A stretch of 62,814 nt of DNA from a virus (IMGVR_UViG_3300048592_000297:1-62814); one strand, 5' to 3'. Positions 19,030 through 29,197 are shown, numbered from the stretch's first letter. The notes: a model not told the origin generated them from the letters alone. Numbers and translations: made by a program.

Positions 19030-19838
19030 TGCCTCCCCCTCTTGTTTATCAGCAACTTCCTTCTAGTGTCATGAGCAATGGTGGAGGCGATGGCCCACTC
19101 GCCACTGTGCGAGACTACTGTGGCTACTTCCGTAAGCGCCACGCCTTTACGGAGTTCCTTTACACGAAGACAGCGTGTATCGTTTTCAGCAGTCATGTTG
19201 AAAACAGTTGCCCCGCAAGCGATGTCTATATAAAGGTGTTTGAGGAGTTGAAGCCTCTTCAGATCCCTGAGCGTCAGCACCCATGCTGGTCCTCTAAATA
19301 CTGCCAAGGTGTGCGGCAACCCCTTGAAGCCGACAGGGAGATCGATGTCGGCTTGGACTATAGGCGCCAGTGCATGCGTTAGCAAATACATCGTCTCCGT
19401 AGCTGTGGCAGCTCCAGTGTCCTCCATAAGTCCTTGCTGCACGACTACCCCGACAAGCTGATTGTTTACAGTGTCGGCCGGGTATCGACCCCAGACATTC
19501 TTGACACTTCTTCTATCGGTCGGAAAGGAAAAGCTATCTATACTCGTGGTATTGCGCAACGGATCAAACACGTTGCGGCTCGGCCACAACTCCACCGTTC
19601 GTGACTCAAAACCCCACACGCTGCCGGTCAAGGGCATGCCTCGTGTAGACCTTCGTACCACAGACGGGGAATACGAAGTTTCGTGCCCCGAAAGCACGCA
19701 AGCGTAATCCAGCCCGCTTGCATTAACCCTCATCCACATGCTCGTATTACGCGACCGTGCCGCGCGCCATTTACCAATTGTAAGCGTACCTCGCACGAAC
19801 TCTGTCTTATTGCCTAGCAGGTTGGGGTCGTTGTCCAT
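19026..19838 (-). CDS. Hypothetical protein (paralog of 18301-19029)
   Basis: LVGVV..TETMYLLTH..AVFRGPAWVL. Confidence 0.7.
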   Translation of the reverse strand: MDNDPNLLGNKTEFVRGTLTIGKWRAARSRNTSMWMRVNASGLDYACVLSGHETSYSPSVVRRSTRGMPLTGSVWGFESRTVELWPSRNVFDPLRNTTSIDSFSFPTDRRSVKNVWGRYPADTVNNQLVGVVVQQGLMEDTGAATATETMYLLTHALAPIVQADIDLPVGFKGLPHTLAVFRGPAWVLTLRDLKRLQLLKHLYIDIACGATVFNMTAENDTRCLRVKELRKGVALTEVATVVSHSGEWAIASTIAHDTRRKLLINKRGRQ

Positions 19839-19843
19839 GATCG

Positions 19844-21604
19844 TTACTCCGTTTCAATAGGACGCCGACGATTGCGGGTAGGTAGTCGACGTACAACAGT
19901 GCCTCTGTCTGCTCCAGTCGGCCTCGACCGGCTGCGACGACGTGCCCATTCCGATTCTGGGCTGGAAGCAGGCATTGCATTGTCCTGCCCCCACTTTATC
20001 ATGGCAGCAATGTGGACGGTATGGGACTTGGAAAGCGGAACCATCTCCTGTGCAACACGAATAAGATGCCGCATCTCCAGTCTCGGCCGGTCTCGATTCT
20101 CAGCGTAGGCCATGACGATGGCGTCTTTTACGATTGCCTCGATCTCCGCCGGAACGTAAGCGTCCGTCACCTGCCGGAACTGCGCAACCTCATTGTCAGT
20201 GAACTTGTCGATAGAGTGGCCACGAAGTTCGAGATGGATGCGCAACACGTCTTCGCGCTCCCATTCGTTTGGGAGCGTAGTCGCGAAGATGCCATCAAAC
20301 CGCCCACGGCGGAAAAGCTCTGGCGGGAGACCGTCGATATTGTTCGCAGTGACGATGGTGAACACCGGCGACGTATTGTCGTTCAGCCAAGTCAGGAACG
20401 ACCCGAACACACGCTGCGAGGTGCCGGAGTCCCCGGAGCCGCCAAGCCCGCCAAGCCCCTTGTCAATCTCGTCAACGAATAGACAGATCGGGGCCATCGC
20501 CTCTACCATCGCGAGCGCGGTTCGCATGCGCTCCTCAGATGACCCAACCAGCGACGAGAAGACTTTGGAGAAGTCCAACCGAACTACCGGGATGCCCAGT
20601 ACCCCGCCAACCGCCTTTGCGATTAGTGACTTGCCGGAACCGGGCACACCGATGACAACTACCCCCTTCGGCGGGGTGCCACCAAAATCCTTGAACTCCT
20701 GCGAATAGCAGTGTGACCGTTGAGCTACCCAATCTTTGAGACGGTCCATACCGCCAACATGCCCCATATCCTCCGACGACACAAGATCCAACAGGTCGTT
20801 CTTCTTCACTACCTCCATCTTGGTAGTCTGTAGGCGCTGGACCACATCTTCGAACGTAACCCTCAGCGGTTCATCTGCCGTCACTTGAACAGTCGTGGTT
20901 TCGATTATCGCGCGAGATACCGCCAGCTCGAACTCATAACTGGTCATTCCAGCTCCGGCGACGCAGACACGAACCTGCTCCTGCTCTGACAGCTCGAAGA
21001 TACTTGAATCTTCCAGACTCTCAACTACCGTATGGAGCCTATACATCAATTCACCATGCCCCGGCAACTCGTAATCGATAGAGGTTGCGTAGTCGGCAAC
21101 TACGCGCGGCAACGGCGAAGGCCCAGTGATGAGAACTAGCCGAACAGTGGACGTTGGAAGGAACTTGCAGAACTCGATAAACCGATGGAGCGCGACCGGG
21201 TTGTTTTCCATCTGGAACTGCGGATTCACGAGCGCGAAAATGTGCGACCGTGATGCGTCCACAGTTTGGGCGAGGCGACCGACGTATTCACGATACCTGT
21301 CCCACACCTGCTGAAGTATCGTCACTACCTGCATGGTGCCATCGCCAGTTATCGCCACGTCCTGATAGTTCTCCTTGTTGAACTCCCGGAGGCCGTTGCA
21401 AATGTCCCATTCACTGTAATGGGCGTCGTCCAGTACGCATAAGCGCCTGATGTCGGCAACAGCCCTGCCGATTTCGCGAGTACGTACCTGAATGATGCCT
21501 GCGCCTGCCGAGATGAGGTTGAAAAACGCTGTACTGAACTTGGCACTGGAATCCCGGTCCACAACCATCGTGGATACATCCATGCTCTCGTTTTTGTCGT
21601 CCAC
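19844..21604 (-). CDS. Ycf46-like AAA+ ATPase
   Basis: VGGMDRLKDW, GVPGSGKS, LFVDEIDK, TANN..LPPELFRRGRFD; degenerate N-terminal AAA domain; GTG start after AAGGAG. Confidence 0.9.
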   Translation of the reverse strand: MDDKNESMDVSTMVVDRDSSAKFSTAFFNLISAGAGIIQVRTREIGRAVADIRRLCVLDDAHYSEWDICNGLREFNKENYQDVAITGDGTMQVVTILQQVWDRYREYVGRLAQTVDASRSHIFALVNPQFQMENNPVALHRFIEFCKFLPTSTVRLVLITGPSPLPRVVADYATSIDYELPGHGELMYRLHTVVESLEDSSIFELSEQEQVRVCVAGAGMTSYEFELAVSRAIIETTTVQVTADEPLRVTFEDVVQRLQTTKMEVVKKNDLLDLVSSEDMGHVGGMDRLKDWVAQRSHCYSQEFKDFGGTPPKGVVVIGVPGSGKSLIAKAVGGVLGIPVVRLDFSKVFSSLVGSSEERMRTALAMVEAMAPICLFVDEIDKGLGGLGGSGDSGTSQRVFGSFLTWLNDNTSPVFTIVTANNIDGLPPELFRRGRFDGIFATTLPNEWEREDVLRIHLELRGHSIDKFTDNEVAQFRQVTDAYVPAEIEAIVKDAIVMAYAENRDRPRLEMRHLIRVAQEMVPLSKSHTVHIAAMIKWGQDNAMPASSPESEWARRRSRSRPTGADRGTVVRRLPTRNRRRPIETE

Positions 21605-21645
21605 CGTTATCTCCTTGTTAGACCATACGTGGGTGCGGCATAGAA

Positions 21646-21674
21646 ATCTTATACTATCACGGGGCAAAACGCAA
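21646..21674 (-). promoter_or_regulatory. sigma70-type promoter for the AAA ATPase
   Basis: TTGCGT-17bp-TAAGAT on - strand. Confidence 0.6.
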
Positions 21675-22019
21675 CGTCATGCAGAGGTCCGCAAACGACG
21701 CAAACGGACGGCCGTGACTAGTCTATCGAGGCAGAATGCCGACTTCAACCGGCATCAGAGAAGGGCAACCAAGCGGTGGGAAGTGCTAACGTTTGCAAAA
21801 CACGGCGCGACGATACATATAAGAAGTTGTCGAAGCCTGCACTGCGCTAGGTGCGCGCCTGCCATTTAACGCCAATAGGCCGAACAACACAATGCCGTAG
21901 CTGAAGGGTAGCCGCTTGCCGGAGGCGGCGACTTCCCACAGACTCTCGTTGCTGCGAACAGTTCAATCTCCATCGGACCTGAGACACCGAGTACTGAACC
22001 ATTTGACAGCCCCTGTAGG

Positions 22020-22475
22020 TTATGACAATAGCCAGCCTGCCTCAACTTCCCGACGGCGCACCAACCCCGGCAAAACTCGCCCGCCGCCCCGCACCCAGCG
22101 ACGGATCTCGTAGGCTGCGCCGGACCAGTCCCGTTGATTCACCCGGCGGCGAAGGGTTGAAGTCTGGAGCCGCCCTGCGCCCAGATTGAACGTGAAGTCC
22201 ACGATGGCGGCGAGACGCCGTTCAGGCTCGACCGCGAGTCCCGGACAGTGCCGGAGCGCCGCAGCCAGCGCGGTCTGCATGTCCTGTTCGAGGTACGCCT
22301 CGCCCTCCTCCAGCGTGATCGCCGGATGATCCTGCGGGCACAGATGCCCGTAGCCGATAGTCCAGTATCCTGCAGGGCAGATGTAGGGCGTCGCCGTGAC
22401 AACGGGCGTCCGCGCGACAACGCGATGGAACCCCTCGCTCTCCTGCGCGAGCACGACGGCAAGCCGAGGGACCAT
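22020..22475 (-). CDS. Endolysin, GH24 lysozyme
   Basis: ESEG..YICPAGYWTIGYGH..DFTFNLG..STLRR..LPGLVRRREVE. Confidence 0.95.
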   Translation of the reverse strand: MVPRLAVVLAQESEGFHRVVARTPVVTATPYICPAGYWTIGYGHLCPQDHPAITLEEGEAYLEQDMQTALAAALRHCPGLAVEPERRLAAIVDFTFNLGAGRLQTSTLRRRVNQRDWSGAAYEIRRWVRGGGRVLPGLVRRREVEAGWLLS

Positions 22476-22945
22476 CACCGCACCCTGTCGAACACGCGGC
22501 CGAGGAACCAGAAATTGAGAACGCTGGCCAACAGCGCCATGTCCGCTTCGGTCCACGACGCCGTAACCGCCGATGCCCAGCCGTCACCGGCCTGCAGCCC
22601 CGCCGCGAACGCCGCCGTGCGAGAGGCACAGTAGAGAGCCATTATCCAGTACGTGATGACGGGGCGCACGGACTGCGACAGCGCGTCGGTCCAGTGCCCG
22701 GTGGCCTTGCCTTGCGACTTGACCGCCTCACGCAGTGTGTCCAAAGCCCCGGTGTTCCAGTTGGCCTGCGCCTGCGCGCCGATCTCATCCATGCGCTGAG
22801 CACCGCGCAGCCGTTCGAAGTCCAGCGCCGCAGCCTGCATCGACAGCTCGTGCGCCCGCTCCGACTTGCGGTCGAGCCATTTGAGCACTTCCGGGGCGAG
22901 GCGGAACACCCCACCCAAGAGCCCGCCTAATAGTGTTTCGATCAT
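22475..22945 (-). CDS. Putative holin / lysis membrane protein
   Basis: MIETLLGGLLGG..SVRPVITY..NFWFLGR; coupled to the lysozyme. Confidence 0.75.
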   Translation of the reverse strand: MIETLLGGLLGGVFRLAPEVLKWLDRKSERAHELSMQAAALDFERLRGAQRMDEIGAQAQANWNTGALDTLREAVKSQGKATGHWTDALSQSVRPVITYWIMALYCASRTAAFAAGLQAGDGWASAVTASWTEADMALLASVLNFWFLGRVFDRVR

Positions 22946-22975
22946 AACTAACCCTCCAGCCTAAAACAAACCCGA

Positions 22976-23386
22976 TTACAGATGCTGTCGAACCCATGCT
23001 GCAAACGTCGGCGCCACGCGGCTAAAAGCAGCGAGCCCTAACGCCACCAACAAAGCCCGCTTGAACTGAATCCGCACCCCACGAAAGATATTCTGGTTCT
23101 CACGCTCTGAATCAAGCACACGCTTTACTAGTGCTCGTGACTCTTGATCTGGCGGGAACACTTCAAGCAGCCCACGTACCGATACGTCGAGCCGACCAGT
23201 AGTGGCGTCCAGACTGTCTAGCCGGAGCACTAGTAGTTTCTCGGTGCCGATATGGCCCTCGACTGTGTCGTTGAGACGCTGCTGCGTAGCGTGGATCTTT
23301 ACCAGCCACCGGATAACCTCCAAATCTGTGGACCGACGCTCAAGTTCAGGAGTGTTGAGAAGGTCAATTGGTTCTTCTTCGCTCAT
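22976..23386 (-). CDS. Coiled-coil protein with C-terminal hydrophobic helix (possible lysis accessory)
   Basis: ERRSTD..coiled coil..ALLVALGLAAF. Confidence 0.55.
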   Translation of the reverse strand: MSEEEPIDLLNTPELERRSTDLEVIRWLVKIHATQQRLNDTVEGHIGTEKLLVLRLDSLDATTGRLDVSVRGLLEVFPPDQESRALVKRVLDSERENQNIFRGVRIQFKRALLVALGLAAFSRVAPTFAAWVRQHL

Positions 23387-23398
23387 ACAGTGCTGGCC

Positions 23399-23914
23399 TT
23401 ATTTTAGGTTGGCGGCCGTCAGTGCTATCAGATTTCGCAAATCTCTCAACACTTGACGGAACTCTGCACCGTAAGTACCAGACCCTAAGTGTTCGTCAGA
23501 GCTTTCATCCCAAATGTCACCCGCATCTATCGGATTCTCGCCGTCAGAGGTCAACACAACTGCATTCGCAGAAAAGCTCGTAGTGATCGTAACTGTGTAA
23601 TGCCCCGTCGTCTGCACAAATACCCCGAGATCGGGGTCTCGTCCCTTCAGGTTGCCTTGAATATCTACAAACCCATCCATCTCAGCGGGCTTGATCCTCC
23701 AGCCGAGATCGTTTCTAAGGAAGAAGTAGGCGGCAATTTGCCCGCCACCGCCTATATCGTCCCCGCCTGTCGTATCGAACGCAATAGGGTACTTCAGGTT
23801 GTCGTTATCCTTCGACCACTCCTTCCAATCGGAATACAGGTCAATCTCAACATCGAACGTACCTACGCTCGGCAGAATGATTAGAAGGTTCTCCCCGTCA
23901 AATGTGGCAGACAT
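23399..23914 (-). CDS. Putative virion (tail appendage) protein
   Basis: LYSDWKEW..AFDTTGGD..FFLRNDLGWRI resembles the N-terminus of 26614-28767. Confidence 0.6.
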   Translation of the reverse strand: MSATFDGENLLIILPSVGTFDVEIDLYSDWKEWSKDNDNLKYPIAFDTTGGDDIGGGGQIAAYFFLRNDLGWRIKPAEMDGFVDIQGNLKGRDPDLGVFVQTTGHYTVTITTSFSANAVVLTSDGENPIDAGDIWDESSDEHLGSGTYGAEFRQVLRDLRNLIALTAANLK

Positions 23915-24315
23915 CAGTACGTGCCTCGCTCGCCAGCCCTAGCCACTAAGCGGTTCTCCACGTCCGCAACCCGCAACAGCGCTCGATAGATCTCGGCAGC
24001 TTCTTCTATCTTTGCATTCGCTGCGGCGATACTCAGAATCAGTTGGGCTCGTCGCTGTTCAATGGTTGTCGAGTCGGGCACAACATCGTTGCTGAGGTTC
24101 ACAACAATTCCAGACCGAATCGAGTAGAACAGTGAACTGAGTCGCTTTGCAAGCGTTACCAACCGCTCGGCGAGAACAACAGTCTCTCTCATGTCTGGCT
24201 CTGCGAACGACAGACGCCCCTCGTTGTCCAGCAACGACTGGACCAATGGCGATAGCTGCCCCCATTGCTCTTGCGTCAGTTGGTGCGGCGGGGCGTCGTT
24301 AAGCAGGATTGCCAT
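23914..24315 (-). CDS. Hypothetical helical protein
   Basis: 133-aa ORF coupled to genes on both sides. Confidence 0.55.
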   Translation of the reverse strand: MAILLNDAPPHQLTQEQWGQLSPLVQSLLDNEGRLSFAEPDMRETVVLAERLVTLAKRLSSLFYSIRSGIVVNLSNDVVPDSTTIEQRRAQLILSIAAANAKIEEAAEIYRALLRVADVENRLVARAGERGTY

Positions 24316-26593
24316 AGTTCCCGTCTACAGTCTGTTGCACAGTTTGTGTCGAAGACGCGTCTGTGAGAGTCACCCCAACCAACCGAATCGGGATATAGCT
24401 GACGTGGTGGATTATCACATCCACATCCACGTCGGTGACGTAAACGTACTGATACGTGAACGACGTTCCGCTGCTTTCTATGCCAGCAAGTTCATCAACC
24501 GTCCCGGTTTCGACAATACGGACTTCACTTCCCGCCACAAGACCAGACAACGTATACGTTACGTAGTCGGCAATTGTAACAGAAATAGCAAACCCAGAAA
24601 TAGCAGAAATCGTAGCGTTGCTGGAGCCTGACATAACAGCGGTCAGTGTGGCGTCCTCGGCGGCATAAAAATGAATGTCTGTTGTGTTGCCGCTCCACAA
24701 CACATCAGAAAATGTCAGAGTGATGTCCGCCGGGGAAGTGCCCGTATACTCAATACGGATAGCCACACTATTATCTACAAACGAACAGCCTTCTACCCCA
24801 CCCACCAGCGCCTGTAGCGCCGCTTCGCTATCGCCCGTGAGCGTAATAGCTTGTGTTCCTAAAGACGCCTCAAATGTTATGCCAGAAACATTGGCATCGT
24901 TATGTACCACTTCATCACACCCAAGAATAAGTAAGCCTGAGTATGCGCCGACTCCAATATCTCTCAACGTAACTGTCGCGTTCTTAAATATCGCAGCGTC
25001 ATGTGTCCACACACACGCATCAGAGCACAATGCATCATAGGTGATGTATCCTTTGGTGCGAAAGTCCACAGCCGTTTTTGACAGGTTAATAGTTTCCCCT
25101 GAAATACCGAGCACCTTCAGCCCTAACGCTCCCTCGCCGCCGTGGAACGCCAGACGTCGCACCGTAACATCAGAAGACAACCCGAACTGCACAGACTGTC
25201 CTAAACTATTCCAGTACAGATCGCCGTCACCCGCTCCTATTTTTAGAGGGTGCAGCGAAAAAAGCTGCGACGATGACAACCCATCGTTGTTGAATGTAGT
25301 CAACATCCCTGAACCACGAGCAATGCTGTGGAACGTACCAAAATTACATGGGTTCGTCTCGCTGCCTGCCGAACATACCAAATCGCTCAGAACAAAACAA
25401 GCACCCCAATACGAGGCAACACTGTTTCCGCCTACGTTTCCACGGTGTGCCATTACAAACACACCATCTATCGCTGCTGTGTTAATAGTTCCAATGTTGT
25501 CCATGTCGAAACTGGTATTATTAACCTCAAACACCAACGGAGCATTCGTGCCTAATGACGGCGGAGTAGAATCGACTCCTCCACCAAGCCAAAATCTGTA
25601 GCCGGGCGTTCCCGCGCCATCCGACCTGAGCCCAATAGAAAACGGTATCTGGTCAGTAATTTGTGACACTTCATCGTTTTTATATGACCACGCCAATAAG
25701 GTGCCTGCAGCAGACAAGTCCGTCGAAGACAACGGATAGACGGCACAATCCACTCTAGTCACGCCACCTGTCTGAATATACCCCCCACCAAGAATACGAC
25801 TAGCGAGATAGCCTATACCCTGCGGGGATGATGTTGGTGTTGTAAAGTTGAATGTTTCCGCTGTAGTGTAGGCCCCATTAGTGAGCGCGGTCACTGTAGC
25901 GGTCGGGTTAGCCCAAGTAACTTTTCCGCCCGTCATGGCGGCTAAACAAGAACCAGCGCCCTTACCACTCTGCGACGCCACCGGAGCGGCAGACGATTTG
26001 ATTGCTACTGTCCATAGCTGCCCGCCTGCTCCAGTGCCCCCAGCCACCCATGCATAAGGGCGGTAAACAGCTCCTGCAGTTTTCTGATAACCAAAACTGA
26101 CCATTACACCAGCTACTGAGCCGTCCCAAGATCCATTTAGCCCAATAGCGCCGACGACAGGGGACGCTGCTATCTCATCAAAAAAAGAGATATAGAGAAT
26201 CAGGCAGTCGTCTTCTGTGGTTGTTAGTGCCGGGAATTGTGTGTTTAGTTCCGAGGCTACATACGTCGCGCTAGCAGACCCGTTAGTGATTGCTGACGCA
26301 GGAACATCCTTTATCACTATACCAACACACGCCAAACTATCGCTTCTGACAGAAGTTGGAACCGCAAACGCCTCATTGGTTCCAGCAGATATTTTCCAAG
26401 ACAAGAAACTAGATAAGCCGTTAGAAGAACTGTCCCAGACTTCGGTATACCCTGCAGTAGTCCAGTTGTTTGCTCCGCCTTGGTCGCATGATCCTAGCAG
26501 AATCAAGGCATCGCCACTTACATTAGGCACAGTAGGTAGAGTAATTGTGGTTCCGGTTGTGTTATCCGCAACCGACCCTGAAATATAAGCCAC
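24299..26593 (-). CDS. Large G/S/T-rich virion appendage protein
   Basis: 764 aa, beta-rich; C-terminal LSGLVAGSEVRI..AGIESSGTSFTY..YGNP. Confidence 0.65.
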   Translation of the reverse strand: MAYISGSVADNTTGTTITLPTVPNVSGDALILLGSCDQGGANNWTTAGYTEVWDSSSNGLSSFLSWKISAGTNEAFAVPTSVRSDSLACVGIVIKDVPASAITNGSASATYVASELNTQFPALTTTEDDCLILYISFFDEIAASPVVGAIGLNGSWDGSVAGVMVSFGYQKTAGAVYRPYAWVAGGTGAGGQLWTVAIKSSAAPVASQSGKGAGSCLAAMTGGKVTWANPTATVTALTNGAYTTAETFNFTTPTSSPQGIGYLASRILGGGYIQTGGVTRVDCAVYPLSSTDLSAAGTLLAWSYKNDEVSQITDQIPFSIGLRSDGAGTPGYRFWLGGGVDSTPPSLGTNAPLVFEVNNTSFDMDNIGTINTAAIDGVFVMAHRGNVGGNSVASYWGACFVLSDLVCSAGSETNPCNFGTFHSIARGSGMLTTFNNDGLSSSQLFSLHPLKIGAGDGDLYWNSLGQSVQFGLSSDVTVRRLAFHGGEGALGLKVLGISGETINLSKTAVDFRTKGYITYDALCSDACVWTHDAAIFKNATVTLRDIGVGAYSGLLILGCDEVVHNDANVSGITFEASLGTQAITLTGDSEAALQALVGGVEGCSFVDNSVAIRIEYTGTSPADITLTFSDVLWSGNTTDIHFYAAEDATLTAVMSGSSNATISAISGFAISVTIADYVTYTLSGLVAGSEVRIVETGTVDELAGIESSGTSFTYQYVYVTDVDVDVIIHHVSYIPIRLVGVTLTDASSTQTVQQTVDGNYGNPA

Positions 26594-26613
26594 AGCAGTA
26601 GTCCCTAGTGTGG

Positions 26614-28767
26614 TTATGGGTTGGTGTAGTTGCGCTCTAGCGTCGCTTGTAGCTGGAAGTTCAGCCCAGTCGCTCTGGTGATTACGCCAGTTGTTTGCAC
26701 GTATTGAGCTAAGCTAAGCCCGATAGCACGGATCGTGATTGCCGCATCTTCTCCTGCAGTTCTCCCGCCTTGCGTGTTGCCGTCATAGTCAAAGTCAAAC
26801 GTCACTGACGCTACGTCTGCGTCACCGGCAATCGGAGTTCCAGAGCTGTCGTTAACCACGATACCGTCCGGGCTGTCGATTGGGTTCAGATCGACGTTGA
26901 CGCTGGCCGCGCTTGCATTGGCGACGGTTTTGCCGTCCACCTTTGTTGCATCGGCTTGAGTTGCAGAAGGAGACGCATCTGTGATCTTCCAAATACCGTT
27001 GTTATTCGAGTTCGCGAATCCACTCAAGCGCACATAGTCATTCTGCGCCAAGGACGGCAGGTTACCGCCTGCACTGTCTATACTTGCCGTACTCCCGGAC
27101 GCTCCAGAGAGCGCCAGATCCGTTACCGCAACTCGTTCAGTGTAGGTGAAAAACATCTTGTACTCTGCCGGACCGGGGTCGTCGATCAGGCTGGTGTTGA
27201 ACGAGATTGTGCCCGCCGACACAAACGGATAAACGCGCGACGTGCCAGTGTTATCATAGAAAAGCAAGTTGTTGATGTCGTTGATGTCGAACCCGACGAT
27301 CAAGACACCGCTGCCGCCGCCCATAGGGTTGACAGGAAACGACGTGCCGCCGTCCGCCGACCCGACTTCAAGAATCTCGCCCGCAAACCTCAGCATCGAA
27401 TCCGCCATACGGCCCACAACAACCCCAACAGATTCGTTGATGTCGGTAGTTTGGCGAAGGAGGTACGACACTTTCTCGTACACTTCTTCTTTCGTTGCCG
27501 TAACAGGCGATGCCGGAAACATAGAGAAGCTAATACTCGACGCCGTGGCCGACAGCGTCGTGGTGAGTGTGATTTCCAACGTACCGGCATTGTTAACCGG
27601 GGTGCCAGAAATTGTGTACGTACCCTGATCGGCCCCTTCGTAAATCTCGACCGTGCCGCCGGCATAGTCCGCAAGAGCTTCGCCAGTGCCCAGCGAGAGA
27701 TTTGCTGACGTTAGCAACGCGCTGGAGGCCGTCGTTGCTCCGTTCTCGCGAGTATAGGAGCCGACATCAATCACTATCCCGAAGTCGCGTTTCGTCGTGG
27801 AATCTACTTCCTTGTTCAGCGCTGCTGAAAGAAACCTGACACGAATCTCGGTATACGGCAAATCCGCGCCAATACTCGCATCACTTGCCGCGATCTTAAC
27901 GTCCATTGCATTGGACAGCGGGAACGCAACTACATAGTTGCTAAGCGCTGACTTGTCGGTGTTCGACAGATCGGCTTGAGCAAATCGCTTGCCAAACGGG
28001 TCTGCGTCACGAACCCGCAGATTGATGGTGACGGCGTTGCGGTTGTCTACGCACAACATCGCGCTCGAATCCGCCCCCGTGCCGAACGGAGTACCACTAA
28101 CCGTAAGCTCCAGCGCCGCGACAGCCGTGAGTTCGAACGTGCCGTCGTTCTGGGAATCTGTTGCATCGGTTATGGTAACTTGCCCGCCGACCACATACCC
28201 GTCGGCAATGAAACTGCCAGACGCCCGTGTTATGGTGCTGGAAGTCGCAAAGTTACAGGATGCCGGGTTACCCACCCGCAGATACACCGAAACTGCTTCA
28301 TTGACAGGTCCAGCAAAATCAAAGTCAACAGAGTTGTTGACGGTCTTATCGGTCCCGAACGCGTAGTAAGCGTTATCGTTCACCGAATCCTCAAACGTGC
28401 CGAGAGTCAAAACACAAGTGTGCACTTCTTGAAGGACTCCGGCATCGTCGTACTCGCTCCACCCGCCGTTACGAATCAGCTTGCGAGATGGTGTGCCCGC
28501 AAATCGCCAGCCATTGTAGTTGCCTGACGGGTCTTGACCCACAACATACTTGCCTGCGTCGTTGTCGATTGCAGTGACCGGGAATGGGTGCAGTCCAATC
28601 GAAGCGTTGTCCTTCCAAAGGATCTTGAAGAACGAGTACAGCGCAGCCATCGTAACGCCGTCGTTTGACAGGTTGCCCGCCACCGCCAGCTCGATAGTTC
28701 TCAAGTCGGTATCGAGAATAACCTCAGTGCTCAGGTTCAGGTCATCGGGGTCGGTGATAATCGCCAT
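26614..28767 (-). CDS. Large virion structural protein
   Basis: MAIITDPDDL..LYSFFKILWK..ERNYTNP; beta-rich, in the tail region. Confidence 0.65.
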   Translation of the reverse strand: MAIITDPDDLNLSTEVILDTDLRTIELAVAGNLSNDGVTMAALYSFFKILWKDNASIGLHPFPVTAIDNDAGKYVVGQDPSGNYNGWRFAGTPSRKLIRNGGWSEYDDAGVLQEVHTCVLTLGTFEDSVNDNAYYAFGTDKTVNNSVDFDFAGPVNEAVSVYLRVGNPASCNFATSSTITRASGSFIADGYVVGGQVTITDATDSQNDGTFELTAVAALELTVSGTPFGTGADSSAMLCVDNRNAVTINLRVRDADPFGKRFAQADLSNTDKSALSNYVVAFPLSNAMDVKIAASDASIGADLPYTEIRVRFLSAALNKEVDSTTKRDFGIVIDVGSYTRENGATTASSALLTSANLSLGTGEALADYAGGTVEIYEGADQGTYTISGTPVNNAGTLEITLTTTLSATASSISFSMFPASPVTATKEEVYEKVSYLLRQTTDINESVGVVVGRMADSMLRFAGEILEVGSADGGTSFPVNPMGGGSGVLIVGFDINDINNLLFYDNTGTSRVYPFVSAGTISFNTSLIDDPGPAEYKMFFTYTERVAVTDLALSGASGSTASIDSAGGNLPSLAQNDYVRLSGFANSNNNGIWKITDASPSATQADATKVDGKTVANASAASVNVDLNPIDSPDGIVVNDSSGTPIAGDADVASVTFDFDYDGNTQGGRTAGEDAAITIRAIGLSLAQYVQTTGVITRATGLNFQLQATLERNYTNP

Positions 28768-28782
28768 CGTCAATTCCTCGCG

Positions 28783-29187
28783 CTAAACAGCGGCTACAGT
28801 AACGGCAGTTATCCTGCCTTCGCCATCGAACTCAAACTCTCTGCGGTACAGCTCGCCTTCAATCGCTTGAAGCACACCTTCCCCGTCGTATTCGAACGTC
28901 AGGGTGTTGGCCCCGACTTCCACTTCAGAAATCAGCCCATCCACGCTATATGCTATAGCCACGTCACTCGGCGCAACCTCTGTAGGCGGTGGAGCATAAA
29001 CCTCCCCTATCGACACCTGATATGCTTCGTGCAGCTCTTGCAGAACTACTACGCGCTCTATACCGCCGATGTAGGTACCAAACTCAGTTTCGGATAGTGT
29101 AATCGCTACTGAATCTCGAACCGTAGCAATCTTCGCCGATTCAGGCTCCGTGATTACAACTATCTGGTCTTCGCTTATCTCAGCCAT
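28783..29187 (-). CDS. Hypothetical tail-associated protein
   Basis: C-terminal YD-like beta hairpins (YSVDG, YDGEG, FDGEG). Confidence 0.55.
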   Translation of the reverse strand: MAEISEDQIVVITEPESAKIATVRDSVAITLSETEFGTYIGGIERVVVLQELHEAYQVSIGEVYAPPPTEVAPSDVAIAYSVDGLISEVEVGANTLTFEYDGEGVLQAIEGELYRREFEFDGEGRITAVTVAAV

Positions 29188-29197
29188 TAGCTTCCGC

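Noticed and set aside
17030-22019. tRNA genes in the intergenic gaps
   Set aside because: No cloverleaf with T-loop GTTCRA and acceptor stem was found by eye.
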